Origin: an uncultured Thermoleophilia bacterium
GTDB taxonomy: Bacteria > Actinomycetota > Thermoleophilia > Miltoncostaeales > Miltoncostaeaceae
Assembly: GCA_963777565.1 (NCBI GenBank)
Contig: CAVZQZ010000007.1
Span: forward strand, 55,209-119,208
Length of the DNA: 64,000 nucleotides
Reading direction: 5' to 3'
The notes beneath the pieces were generated by a model. It was not told where the DNA came from, did no database searches, and saw only the letters and a program-made list of their open reading frames with translations. The translations under genes were made by a program, and so were the position numbers. This document shows positions 10,483 through 21,937 of the stretch, piece by piece (position 1 is the first letter of the stretch; each line of letters starts with the position of its first letter).

Positions 10483-10633
10483 CGTCACCCTCGGGCGATT
10501 CACTCGCCGTGGCCGGTCGGTGCGTGGCCTTCCGGGGCCGTGCCGCGAGCCCCGCTCGGAACCACCCGTAAGGTCGTTGCAAGCGTAACAAAAGGCGTAT
10601 GCTCGACGGGCCGGTTCGTCAAAGGGGGAACCT

Positions 10634-11512
10634 ATGTACCCGGCCAGCTTCGACTACGTCGCGCCGACCAGTCTTGAGGAGGCGATCGCCCTCCTCGACG
10701 AGCACGGCCACGACGCGAAGGTCATCGCGGGAGGCCAGAGCCTCATCCCGCTCATGAAATTCCGGTTCGCCGGCCCGGCGGTGCTCGTCGACATCAACCG
10801 CATCCCCGGGCTCGACACGATCGCGGAGGGTGACGGCGGTTTGCGCATCGGGGCGCTGGTGCGCCACAAGGACGCGGAGCGCGCCGAGCTGCTGCACGGC
10901 GGCCGGTGGGGGCTCCTCGGCGCGACCGCACGCCTGGTGGCCGATCCGCTGGTGCGCAACCGGGGGACGGTGTGCGGCTCGCTCGCCCATGCCGACCCGC
11001 AGGGTGACTGGGCATCGACGATGATGGCCGCCCGCGGCGAGGTCGTCGCCGAGGGCCCGAGCGGATCGCGACGCATTCCGGTCGGCGAGCTCGTCACCGG
11101 TCCGTTCGAGACGCAGCTTGCGCCGAACGAGATCATCACGGAGGTCGTCGTGCCCGATCCCGGTGCGGCCACAGGGGGTACGTACCTCAAGCTGGAGCGA
11201 AAGGTCGGCGACTACGCGACCGCCGCGGTGGCCGCCCAGGTGACCATGGCGAACGGCTCGATCGGCAGGGCGGGGATCGCGCTCACCGGCGTCGGCGCGC
11301 GGAACATCCAGGCGACCGACGCCGAGGAGTTGCTCGCCGGCAAGGAGCCGTCGGACGAGCTCATCAGGGCGGCAGCGAACCTCGCGGCGGCCGCGGCCGA
11401 TCCCACGGCCGACAACCGGGGCAGCGTGGAGTACAAGCGGAGCGTGGTGCGGGTGTTCACCGAGCGCGCGCTCACCGAATCCATCCGTCAGGCGAAGGGA
11501 GGCGCACTGTGA
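10634..11512 (+). CDS. coxM: Aerobic CO dehydrogenase medium (FAD-binding) subunit
   Basis: 292 aa with an FAD_binding_5-type N-terminus ([17 protein letters not shown]) and a strong SD (aaggggg) upstream. Gene order is M-S-L. Confidence 0.85.
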   Translation: MYPASFDYVAPTSLEEAIALLDEHGHDAKVIAGGQSLIPLMKFRFAGPAVLVDINRIPGLDTIAEGDGGLRIGALVRHKDAERAELLHGGRWGLLGATARLVADPLVRNRGTVCGSLAHADPQGDWASTMMAARGEVVAEGPSGSRRIPVGELVTGPFETQLAPNEIITEVVVPDPGAATGGTYLKLERKVGDYATAAVAAQVTMANGSIGRAGIALTGVGARNIQATDAEELLAGKEPSDELIRAAANLAAAAADPTADNRGSVEYKRSVVRVFTERALTESIRQAKGGAL

Positions 11513-12008
11513 GCACCGACGCACCCCCGGCCACCAGGTCGGTCGCGGTCACCATCAACGGGGCGGCTCGGAGCGCCGAGGTCGAGCCGCGCATGCTGCT
11601 CGTCCATTACATCCGCGAATCGCTCGGCCTCACCGGAACGCATATCGGGTGTGACACCACGAGCTGCGGCGCGTGCACCGTCCTCGTCGACGGCGTCCCC
11701 ATGAAGTCGTGCACCATGTTCGCGGTGCAGGCGGAGGGCTGCGAGATCACCACCGTCGAGGGGCTCAAGGGCCCGGCCGGGCTCCACCCGGTACAGGAGG
11801 GATTCCACGAGGAGCACGGCCTGCAGTGCGGGTTCTGCACCCCGGGGATGATGCTGACCTCCGTCGCGTTGCTGAAGGACAACCCCAACCCCAGCGAGGA
11901 GGAGATCCGGTGGGCGCTGTCCGGCCAGATCTGCCGGTGCACCGGGTACACGAACATCGTCAAGGCCGTGCAGTACGCGGCGAAGAAGCTCGCTGAGGGA
12001 GGTGGGTC

Positions 12009-12012
<4 letters not shown>
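11509..12012 (+). CDS. coxS: Aerobic CO dehydrogenase small ([2Fe-2S]) subunit
   Basis: 167 aa. Cys motifs [11 protein letters not shown] and CGFCTPGM...CRCTGY. Overlaps coxM and coxL by 4 nt. Confidence 0.9.
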
Positions 12013-14347
<2,335 letters not shown>

Positions 14348-14351
<4 letters not shown>

Positions 14352-15238
14352 GCGAGCTGATCGCCAGGGCCGCCCGGCTCGGAGCTGAGGGAACGGCGTA
14401 TGCGCTGGCGACGGTCGTCGGCGTGCGCCGTCCCGCGTCGGCCCGCACCGGCAACCAGGCGATCGTCACGGCGGACGGCGCGATCGACGGATGGGTGGGC
14501 GGGGCCTGCTCGGAGCCGGTCGTGATCCGCGAGGCGCTCCGGTCGCTCGCCGACGGGCAGCCGCGCCTGGTGAAGATCTGCCCAGACGGATCGGAGCTGG
14601 CCGCGGACGACCCGGACGTGGTCGTCGCGGTGAGTTCCTGCGCATCGGAGGGAACCGTGGAGGTGTTCATTCAGCCGCACCTTCCGAGCCCGCTGCTGCG
14701 GGTCGTCGGCGACAGCCCAGCGGGGCGAACGCTCGCGGGGCTCGCCCGGACCATCGGGTGGCGCGTCACCTCGGACGCCGGTGACGCCGACGCGGTGGTG
14801 GTGGCCACGATGGGGCGCGGCGACGAGGACGCGCTCGCAGAGGCGATCGGATCCGGCGCCGGGTACGTCGGGTTGGTCGCCAGCACCCGGAGGGCCGGCG
14901 TCGTGCGCGCGGCGCTCCGCGACCGCGGCATCGCCGACGACCGCCTGGCGATGGTGCGGAGTCCCGCGGGGCTCGACCTGGGTCCGTGCACGCAGGAGGA
15001 GATCGCGGTGGCGATCCTCGCTGAGCTGGTCGCGTGGAGCCATGGTCGCGGCGGCTCGCCGAGCCAGCTGCTCGAGGCGGTCGATCCGGTGTGCGGGATG
15101 ACGGTCAGCGTGGACGGCAACGACGTCACCTATGCGCACAACGGGACGACGTATTACTTCTGCTGCCCCGGCTGCCGCGGCATGTTCGCAGCGGATCCCG
15201 AGAAGGCCCTCAACACGGTGCGGCCAACCTTCGGCTGA
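14348..15238 (+). CDS. XdhC/CoxF-CoxI family maturation factor fused to a C-terminal YHS/TRASH metal-binding domain
   Basis: This is the 3' part of ORF 12002..15238; its GTGA overlaps the coxL stop. It has an XdhC_CoxI N-domain, a Rossmann-like middle (LLRVVGDSPAGRTLA) and the tail DPVCGMTVSVDGNDVTYAHNGTTYYFCCPGCRGMFAADP. Confidence 0.8.
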
Positions 15239-15595
15239 GCGGCGTCGGGACGGGGCCCGACTCGTCCAGCCAGTAGGGAGCGACACCTGCGCTCCGGTGG
15301 ACCTCCCAGAGGCCGCCGGGGCGCTGCTCCCGGGCGGTGATCCTCCCGGAGTCGGGGTATCCGCAGATGTCGACGGCGGAGAGGAGACTCGCCCCGGGCT
15401 TCCCAGAGGCTCATCTCGAGTCGCTGTGACCCGTCCGCCCCCGCGAGGTCCGGTGCCGGCCACCTCAGCCCGCCGGCGGCATCTGACCCCGGCCGGCCTG
15501 GCCGGCGAGCTCCTGCGAGCATGCGTTCGGCATCATCGCTCCGCAGATCGGCGTGGTCGAAGGGAAAGCGTCGTCGGCTCGGCGGCCGCGGCCGC

Positions 15596-15626
15596 TTGAC
15601 TTGAAGTCAACTTCAAGTTGTACCGT
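15596..15626 (+). promoter_or_regulatory. MerR-type promoter: TTGACT, 19-nt spacer, TACCGT, with a perfect 9-2-9 inverted repeat inside the spacer
   Basis: TTGACT lies at 15596-15601, the spacer at 15602-15620 (19 nt) and TACCGT at 15621-15626. The arms are ACTTGAAGT (15599-15607) and ACTTCAAGT (15610-15618). The element ends 30 nt upstream of the 15656 ORF. Confidence 0.35.
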
Positions 15627-15655
15627 CGGGTGAACATCAGACTGCGTCGAGAGGA

Positions 15656-16009
15656 GTGACCATGAACGGGGTGGTGGGCGCCGGCGATCGGATCGCCGAA
15701 GAGGTCACATCGTGGCCCGGTGTGACCGCGGGACCGGGTTCGCGCGGGGAGTTCGCCTTCAGGGTCGGTCGGCGCGAGATCGGCCATCTGCATGGCGACC
15801 GCACGGCCCATTTCGGGTTCCCGAAGGACGTGTGGGCCCGCCTCTATGTACAGGGCCGAATCGACTACCACCCGGTATTCCCGGGGCAACCGGGCTTCGC
15901 GGCCCGCCCCATCGCCGACGACACCGACGTGCGCGACGTGATCGAGCTGCTGCGCCTGAACTACGACCGCGTCGTCGCCCGTCACGGCCTCCCGGCAGCC
16001 GCCGCCTGA
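15656..16009 (+). CDS. Small conserved protein of unknown function (resembles the family annotated as 'luciferase family protein'/DUF5519; recall-based)
   Basis: 117-aa ORF with good codon bias (WPGVTAGPGSRGEFAFRVGRREIGHLHGDRTAHFGFPKDVWARL). Confidence 0.55.
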   Translation: MTMNGVVGAGDRIAEEVTSWPGVTAGPGSRGEFAFRVGRREIGHLHGDRTAHFGFPKDVWARLYVQGRIDYHPVFPGQPGFAARPIADDTDVRDVIELLRLNYDRVVARHGLPAAAA

Positions 16010-16011
16010 GC

Positions 16012-16128
16012 GGTGGTCCCGGGCATTAACAACTCCCTTTCGGCCCCTTCTGGGTGCCGGGCATTAACAATGTAACCCCCGGCACCAGGCCTCCCCGGAA
16101 TCACGATTGTTAATGCCCGGGACCACCG
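16012..16128. repeat. REP/BIME-like cluster of a 19-nt core GGTSCCGGGCATTAACAAT: two direct copies 38 bp apart plus one inverted copy
   Basis: The copies lie at 16015-16032, 16053-16071 and, inverted, 16106-16124. The outer 21-nt arms GGTGGTCCCGGGCATTAACAA (16012-16032) and TTGTTAATGCCCGGGACCACC (16108-16128) are perfect inverted repeats. The same core flanks the transposase at 37.1-38.2 kb. Confidence 0.65.
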
Positions 16129-16211
16129 ATCAGGTGCAACGGGCAGTCACGTGGGGCGAGGCGGCGCCGTCCACGCGTCCTCGTCGGCCGGGACGTCGTA
16201 GCATTCGTGCC

Positions 16212-16466
16212 GTGCCCAGCGAGATCTCGGTCACGGTACGCCTGTTCGCGTCGCTTCGCGAAGCGGCCGGCACCGGGCGGCTGCAGGTCGCGGTGCCGCA
16301 CGCCACGCCCGTCGGCGCCCTCTGGTCCCACCTGCCGCCTGAGGTCGCCGCCGGCGACCCGCCCGCCGCGCTCCGCTACGCCCTCAACCACGAATGGACC
16401 CTGCCCGGCGCTGCACTGCGCGACGGCGACGAGGTCGCCCTCGTCCTGCCAGTGAGCGGCGGATGA
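16212..16466 (+). CDS. moaD: Molybdopterin synthase sulfur-carrier subunit MoaD
   Basis: 84 aa ending ...DGDEVALVLPVSGG. The C-terminal GG and ThiS/MoaD fold pattern fit, and moaE follows with an ATGA overlap. The GTG start was chosen downstream of the REP cluster. Confidence 0.7.
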   Translation: MPSEISVTVRLFASLREAAGTGRLQVAVPHATPVGALWSHLPPEVAAGDPPAALRYALNHEWTLPGAALRDGDEVALVLPVSGG

Positions 16467-16897
16467 CCGGCCTCTCCCCGGACCCCCTCGACATCGCCCA
16501 AGTCGCCGCGGCCGTCGGCGACCCCGAGCACGGCGGCGTCGCCAGCTTCCTCGGCTGCATCAGGCGCGAAGCCGGCATCCGCGAGGTTGTCGCGATCGAG
16601 TACGACGCTTACGAGGAGCTCACCCTCCGAGAGCTCGCCGCCGTCGCCGACGAGGCCCGCGCGCGATTCGGCGCGACCGTCGCGGCCGTCCACCGCACCG
16701 GGCGCGTCGCGGTCGGCGAGCCCAGCGTCGCCGTCGCCTGCTCCGCCCCGCACCGACCCGCGGCGTTCGCCGCGTGCCGGTACGTGATCGACGAGCTCAA
16801 GGTCCGGGCCCCGATCTGGAAGCGCATGATCTACGCCGACGGCGCCGCCGAATGGGTCGACGGCCGGGACCCGGTGCGCGGTGAGCGACCCGCGTAG
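16463..16897 (+). CDS. moaE: Molybdopterin synthase catalytic subunit MoaE
   Basis: Reads MTGLSPDPLDIAQVAAAV...GGVASFLGCIR...PIWKRMIY, typical of MoaE. Confidence 0.85.
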   Translation: MTGLSPDPLDIAQVAAAVGDPEHGGVASFLGCIRREAGIREVVAIEYDAYEELTLRELAAVADEARARFGATVAAVHRTGRVAVGEPSVAVACSAPHRPAAFAACRYVIDELKVRAPIWKRMIYADGAAEWVDGRDPVRGERPA

Positions 16898-18191
16898 GGC
16901 GCTCCCCTCCGTCGACGCCGCCCTCACCGATCCGGGCGTCGCCGAGCTGCTCGAGCACCACGCTCGCGGCCACGTCGTCGATGCGGTCCGGGCCGCGCTC
17001 GCCGACCGCCGCGAGCGGCGCACGGGGGCGGCGGGGCTCGCCGCCGACGTCCGTGCTGCCCTGCGCCCCTCGATGCGCCGCGCGATCAACGCGACGGGTG
17101 TGGTGCTGCACACGAACCTCGGCCGTGCTCCCCTCGCCGACGACGCCATCGCCGCCGCCACCGCGGCCGCCGGGTACGGGACGCTCGAATGGAACGCCGA
17201 CACCGGTGAGCGGGGTTCCCGCCATGACCACGTCGTGGCCCATCTGCAGGCGCTCACCGGCGCCGAGGCGGCCTGTGTCGCGAACACGAACGCAGCGGGC
17301 GTGCTGCTGGCGCTCGTCGCGCTCGCATCGGGCAAGGAGGTCATCGTCTCGCGCGGCCAGCTCGTTGAGATCGGCGGCGGCTTCCGGGTTCCCGAGGTGC
17401 TGCGGGCAAGCGGCTGCCGGCTCGTGGAGGTCGGCACCACGAACAAGACCCGCGTCGCCGACTACGAGCAGGCGATCGGCAGCGAGACGGCGGCGATCCT
17501 GCGCGTGCACCCGTCGAACTTCCGGGTGGTCGGGTTCACCGAGGAGGCGGGCCTCACCGAGCTCGTGGAGCTCGGCCGCCTCCGCGGGCTCGCCGTGATC
17601 GACGACCTCGGCAGCGGTGCCCTCGTCGACGACCCGGCGTACCGTGACGAGCCCGACGTCCGCAGCAGCGTCGGCGCCGGGGTCGACGTTGCCTGCTTCA
17701 GTGGCGACAAGCTGCTCGGCGGTCCCCAAGCCGGGATCCTCGTCGGCACGCACGACGCGATCCGGCGCTGCAAGGCGCACCCACTCATGCGCGCGCTGCG
17801 CCCCGACAAGCTCACGGTCGCCGCCCTCGAGGCCACGCTCGCCCTGCACCGCGACCCGGCGACAGCCCGGGAGCGAGTCCCGACACTCCGGATGCTGTCG
17901 ACGCCGCCCGACGAGCTTCGCCGCCGCGCCGAGGCACTCGCCGCCGAGGTCGGCGGCGAGGTGGTGCAGACCGTCGGCAGGGTCGGCGGCGGATCGCTGC
18001 CGCTCGCCGAGATCGCGAGCTACGCCGTCGCACTGCCCGCACCGGACGGCGAGGACGCGATGGCGTCGGCGCTCCGAGCACTCGACCCGCCGGTCGTCGC
18101 GCGGGTCGCCGATGGGCAGGTCCTGCTCGACGTGTTGACCGTGAGCCCCGGCGAGCTCGCCGAACTCGGCCTGATGCTCGGTCGCCGGTGA
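16881..18191 (+). CDS. selA: L-seryl-tRNA(Sec) selenium transferase SelA
   Basis: 436 aa. N-terminus RALPSVDAAL...; a PLP-enzyme body (FSGDKLLGGPQAGILVG carries the Lys). Directly linked to selB. Confidence 0.85.
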   Translation: MSDPRRALPSVDAALTDPGVAELLEHHARGHVVDAVRAALADRRERRTGAAGLAADVRAALRPSMRRAINATGVVLHTNLGRAPLADDAIAAATAAAGYGTLEWNADTGERGSRHDHVVAHLQALTGAEAACVANTNAAGVLLALVALASGKEVIVSRGQLVEIGGGFRVPEVLRASGCRLVEVGTTNKTRVADYEQAIGSETAAILRVHPSNFRVVGFTEEAGLTELVELGRLRGLAVIDDLGSGALVDDPAYRDEPDVRSSVGAGVDVACFSGDKLLGGPQAGILVGTHDAIRRCKAHPLMRALRPDKLTVAALEATLALHRDPATARERVPTLRMLSTPPDELRRRAEALAAEVGGEVVQTVGRVGGGSLPLAEIASYAVALPAPDGEDAMASALRALDPPVVARVADGQVLLDVLTVSPGELAELGLMLGRR

Positions 18192-18511
18192 CGGACGTCG
18201 CTCACCTCCAGGCGATCGCGGACGGCCCCGATGCCGATGCCGCCGCCGTCGCGCTCGTCGAGCTCGGGCTGGCGCACCGCACGGCCGGTCGGCCGGATCT
18301 CGCCGAGGCCGCCTTCATCCGGGTGATCGACACCGGCCACGAGGGGCAGGCCCCCCGCGCCGCGTTCGAGCTGGCGCAGCTCTACGAGGAACACGGCGAC
18401 TCGGAAGGTGCGCGGGACGCGTACCGGTATGTGCTGGAGGCGGGCGGTCACGGCCTCGTGGGGCCCGCGGCATGCGGCCTGCGCCGGCTGAGCGGAGCAC
18501 CCAGGGAGTGA
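18188..18511 (+). CDS. Small TPR-like helical protein inserted between selA and selB
   Basis: 107 aa, with GTGA overlaps at both ends (selA stop and selB start). Helical repeat-like sequence: LAHRTAGRPDLAEAAFIRVI...AQLYEEHGDSEGARDAYRYVLE. Confidence 0.5.
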   Translation: MTDVAHLQAIADGPDADAAAVALVELGLAHRTAGRPDLAEAAFIRVIDTGHEGQAPRAAFELAQLYEEHGDSEGARDAYRYVLEAGGHGLVGPAACGLRRLSGAPRE

Positions 18512-20325
18512 AGGACGTGCCGATCGTGCTGGGCACCGCTGGGCACGTCGACCACGGCAAGACGGCGCTGGTGCTCGCGCTCACAGGACGCGACACCGAC
18601 CGGCTGCCAGAGGAGAAGGCGCGGGGGATCTCAATCGCCCTCGGGTTCGCGCCGTTCGAGCTGTCGTCCGGGCGGCGGGTGAGTCTGGTGGACGTGCCGG
18701 GCCACGAACGGTTCGTGCGGCACATGGTCGCGGGCGCAAGCGGGGTGGACGGGTACCTGCTCTGCGTCGCCGCCGACGACGGCGTGATGCCCCAGACGGT
18801 GGAGCACATCGCCGTCCTGCGCCTGCTGGGCGTGGACGACGGCGTCGTGGCCGTGACGAAATGCGACCTGGCTGACCCCGCCCGAGCAATCGCCGAGGTG
18901 CGCGAGCTGGTCGGCGCGTCGCCGGAGGTCGTCACAGTGTCAGCGGTCACAGGAGCGGGGCTTCCCGAGTTGCGCGGCGCCCTCGGAAGGCTCGCCGAGC
19001 GGACCCGGCGGCGGACGGGCGGGGGGCGACCGCGCCTCTTCGTCGATCGCGCGTTCTCGGTGGCCGGTGCCGGAACGGTGGTCACGGGCACGCTCTGGGG
19101 CGACCCGATGGACGCCGGAGACCGCGTCGAGATCGTCCCCGGAGGTCGCACCGGCCGCGTGCGGGGACTGCAGGTGCACGACGAGACGGTCGCCCGCGCC
19201 GACGGCGGACGCGTGGCGCTGAACCTCGGCGGGATCGACCGCGACCATGCGCCACGTGGATCGTGCGTCGTCCGGACGGCGGACGGCTGGCGGCCCACCA
19301 CCATGCTGGACGTCGCCGTCGACTGGCTCGCCGAGGCCGGCACGTCGCTTCGCACCCGCCGCCGGCTGCAGGCCTTCCTCGGGACGACGGAGGTATCCGC
19401 CACGTGCGTGCTGCTCGAGGGCGACGAGCTCCCGCCGGGCGGGCGCGGGTACGCCCAGCTCCGTCTCGACGCGGAGGTTGCCGCAGACACGGGCGACCGT
19501 CTCGTGCTGCGCTCCGCCGAGCGACGCACCGTCGGCGGAGCGACGGTAATCGACCCGGCGCCCGCCCGGCATGGACGGGGGTCGGGGGCGGCCGCCCGGC
19601 TGGCGCTGCTGGAGCGGGCCGACCCGGACGCCCTGCTGCGGCTTCGGATCGTCGAGGCGGGCGCCGCGGGCGCCTTCGTCGAGGAGTCCGAGCGGGCTGC
19701 GGTCGAGGACGCCGGGGGAGTGCTCCTGCGGGACGACCTCGCCGTCGACCGGCCGATCGTCGACGAGGCGAGTTTCCGGCTGCTGGCAGCGCTGCAGCCC
19801 GGCGGGCTGGCGCTCGCCGACGCGCACCGCGCCTGCGGCCTCGGCGTCGGTGCCGCTGAATCGCTGGTCGACGCCCTGGCCCGAGAGGGAAGAATCGTCC
19901 GCGACGGGGCCCGCGTCGCGATTGCGGGCGCCGTCGCGCGGAGCGCGCTCGTCGATGAGGTGGGCAGGCTCCTGCAGGAGGCCGGCCTGCGTCCCCCCGG
20001 CCCCGCGGAGCTCGGCGAGCGCCTCGGCGTCGACCAGGCGCACCTCGACGTCGCGGTGCGGGAGCTGCGCAACGAGGGCGCGGTCGTCGGCGCCGGCGGC
20101 CTTTGGTTCGACGCCGCCGCCGCGGCAACCGCAAGACAGCAGGCCGCCGAGGTGCTCGCGAACGGCCCGATGTCCATTGGCGAGCTCCGTGATCTGTGGG
20201 GCGTGGGGCGCCGGCACGCGCTCGCGCTCGCGGCGCACCTCGACGCCAGCGGCCTCACCCGCCGCGTCGGCGACGAGCGCGTGCTGCGTCGCGGAGCAAT
20301 AACATCAGGCGATGGCAAGCACTGA
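18508..20325 (+). CDS. selB: Selenocysteine-specific elongation factor SelB
   Basis: G-domain VLGTAGHVDHGKTALVLALTG and DVPGHERF. The long C-terminal winged-helix region ends LDASGLTRRVGDERVLR. The GTG start at 18508 was chosen by its overlap with the upstream stop. Confidence 0.85.
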   Translation: MKDVPIVLGTAGHVDHGKTALVLALTGRDTDRLPEEKARGISIALGFAPFELSSGRRVSLVDVPGHERFVRHMVAGASGVDGYLLCVAADDGVMPQTVEHIAVLRLLGVDDGVVAVTKCDLADPARAIAEVRELVGASPEVVTVSAVTGAGLPELRGALGRLAERTRRRTGGGRPRLFVDRAFSVAGAGTVVTGTLWGDPMDAGDRVEIVPGGRTGRVRGLQVHDETVARADGGRVALNLGGIDRDHAPRGSCVVRTADGWRPTTMLDVAVDWLAEAGTSLRTRRRLQAFLGTTEVSATCVLLEGDELPPGGRGYAQLRLDAEVAADTGDRLVLRSAERRTVGGATVIDPAPARHGRGSGAAARLALLERADPDALLRLRIVEAGAAGAFVEESERAAVEDAGGVLLRDDLAVDRPIVDEASFRLLAALQPGGLALADAHRACGLGVGAAESLVDALAREGRIVRDGARVAIAGAVARSALVDEVGRLLQEAGLRPPGPAELGERLGVDQAHLDVAVRELRNEGAVVGAGGLWFDAAAAATARQQAAEVLANGPMSIGELRDLWGVGRRHALALAAHLDASGLTRRVGDERVLRRGAITSGDGKH

Positions 20326-20707
20326 GGAAGAGCGCACCGATCGCCCGCAGATCGGCGTCATCGAGCCGGAGGTCATCAGGATCGAGCCGCCCGAAGAGGA
20401 ACTGTGGACCGACGACTCCGACGTCGACTACACCGGCTGGTTCTGCGTCCGCACCAACCCGTGGCCATGCCCGGCGGACGGATGCTCGTTCGTGGCGATG
20501 TTCCTCACCGCCGCGCACCTCGTGATCGTCTGGCCCGAGCGCGACGACCCCAACCTGCTTCGCCACAGCGTGGTCGCCCGGGACGTGGGACGCAACCCCA
20601 AGATCGAGCAATACGAGTCGTCATTCGGGCCGGCGTGCTCGTACTACCAGTGGGAGGCAGCCGGGAACCCCGTGCACGGCGTGCGCGCGCCGGAATCGAA
20701 GAGCTGA
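20312..20707 (+). CDS. Hypothetical protein
   Basis: 131-aa ORF with good codon bias (WFCVRTNPWPCPADGCSFVAMFLTAAHLVIVWPERDDPN). Overlaps the selB end by 14 nt. Confidence 0.55.
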   Translation: MASTEEERTDRPQIGVIEPEVIRIEPPEEELWTDDSDVDYTGWFCVRTNPWPCPADGCSFVAMFLTAAHLVIVWPERDDPNLLRHSVVARDVGRNPKIEQYESSFGPACSYYQWEAAGNPVHGVRAPESKS

Positions 20708-20715
20708 CCGGCAGG

Positions 20716-21819
20716 GTGGAGCACAACTTCACATCGACCGGCTACACCGTCGGGATCGAGGAGGAGCTCATGATCCTCGACGCCGGCACGCTCGATCTGG
20801 TCAGCGCCATCGAGGAGCTGCTCGGGCCGTCCGCCCACGGCGACGTCAAGCCGGAGCTCATGGAGTCGGTGCTCGAAATCTCGACCGACCCGTGCAGGAC
20901 CATCGCGCAGGCCGGCGACCAGCTGCGGGAGCTGCGCGCGTCGGTTGCCTCGCGCGCCGCGCCGCTCGGGTATGCGATCGGCGCCGCCGGCACCCACCCC
21001 TTCGCGCGGTGGGAGGACCAGCGCATCGTGGCGCGACCGCGGTACCGGGATCTCATCAGCGCGCTGAGATTCGTCGCCCGGCAGGAGCTGATCTTCGGGA
21101 TGCACGTCCACGTCGGGCTCGACGACCCTGAGAAGGCGATCTGCGTGGCGAACGGAATGCGGCTGCACGTGCCGGCCCTGCTCGCGCTCTCCGCGAATTC
21201 GCCCTTCTGGCGGGGCGACGCGACGGGACTCGCGTCGACGCGCATGCCGATCTTCCGGGCGTTCCCCCGGGTGGGGATCCCCCCGTACTACGAGGACTGG
21301 GACGACTACCAGCGGCGCATCGCGTTCCAGGTCGAGTCGGGCGTGATCGAGGACTACACGTACCTCTGGTACGACGTGCGGCCCCATCCGGTCCTTGGGA
21401 CGGTGGAGATCCGGGCGATGGACGCCCAGACCCGTCTCGAGCACACCCTCGGCATCGGCGCGCTCGTGCAGTCGCTCGTCCGGAAGCTCGCGACCGACTG
21501 GGAGTCCGGATCGATGCCGGACCAGTTTCCGTACGAGATGCTCGACGAGAACCGCTGGCTCGCCGCGCGGCATGGACTGCGCGGCGAGATCGTCGACCTG
21601 CCCTCGACCGAGCGGATCGCGACGAAAGCCCTCATCAAGCGCCTGCTCGAGGAGTTGGCCGATCACGCACGTGACCTCGGGTGCGCCGACGAGCTCGCGG
21701 CAGTCACCGATCTGCTCGACCACGGCAACGGCGCGCAGCGCCAGGTGGTCGTCTACGAAGCCAACCGGGACCTGCGCGAGCTGATGGCGGAGATCGTGGC
21801 GGCGACGAGCGAGGTCTGA
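20716..21819 (+). CDS. Carboxylate-amine ligase, glutamate-cysteine ligase family 2 (YbdK-like)
   Basis: Reads VEHNFTSTGYTVGIEEELMILD...ELIFGMHVHVGL...SANSPFWRGDATGLASTR, the GCS2 signature. GTG start within ORF 20404..21819. Confidence 0.85.
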   Translation: MEHNFTSTGYTVGIEEELMILDAGTLDLVSAIEELLGPSAHGDVKPELMESVLEISTDPCRTIAQAGDQLRELRASVASRAAPLGYAIGAAGTHPFARWEDQRIVARPRYRDLISALRFVARQELIFGMHVHVGLDDPEKAICVANGMRLHVPALLALSANSPFWRGDATGLASTRMPIFRAFPRVGIPPYYEDWDDYQRRIAFQVESGVIEDYTYLWYDVRPHPVLGTVEIRAMDAQTRLEHTLGIGALVQSLVRKLATDWESGSMPDQFPYEMLDENRWLAARHGLRGEIVDLPSTERIATKALIKRLLEELADHARDLGCADELAAVTDLLDHGNGAQRQVVVYEANRDLRELMAEIVAATSEV

Positions 21820-21937
21820 CCCGGCGATCAGCCTGATGCTCAGGCGATCCGTGAATCGTCACGACGTGCCGGGGCGCAGGCGACCGTCCGACGTTGAGCC
21901 GGCCGAGGCGGAATGCTGCTCGCCCGCGCCGATCAGT

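Noticed and set aside
10577-10603. Sigma-70-like promoter TTGCAA-n15-TATGCT upstream of coxM
   Set aside because: The spacer is 15-16 nt depending on register, and there is no supporting evidence. It is too speculative to list as a feature.
15595-15626. Possible tRNA-Sec (selC), because CTTCAAG/ACTTCAAGT resembles a UCA anticodon loop and selAB are nearby
   Set aside because: On neither strand could I build an acceptor stem, a D arm or a T arm (there is no GTTCRA-type loop with a paired stem). The sequence fits a dyad operator much better.
18315-20318. Long antisense or out-of-frame ORFs, e.g. 573..1577(-), 2113..3432(-), 16376..17446(-), 18315..20318(-), 26881..28956(-), 46075..48129(-), 54916..57609(+), 21954..23318(+)
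   Set aside because: Their translations are low-complexity (R, P, G, A, S rich) and they lie opposite genes with clear family motifs. These are classic high-GC shadow ORFs.
16212-21819. Search for a selenoprotein gene (an in-frame TGA flanked by conserved coding sequence) or a SECIS near selAB
   Set aside because: All ORFs in and around the cluster read through without needing TGA recoding, and no candidate was found in this window.
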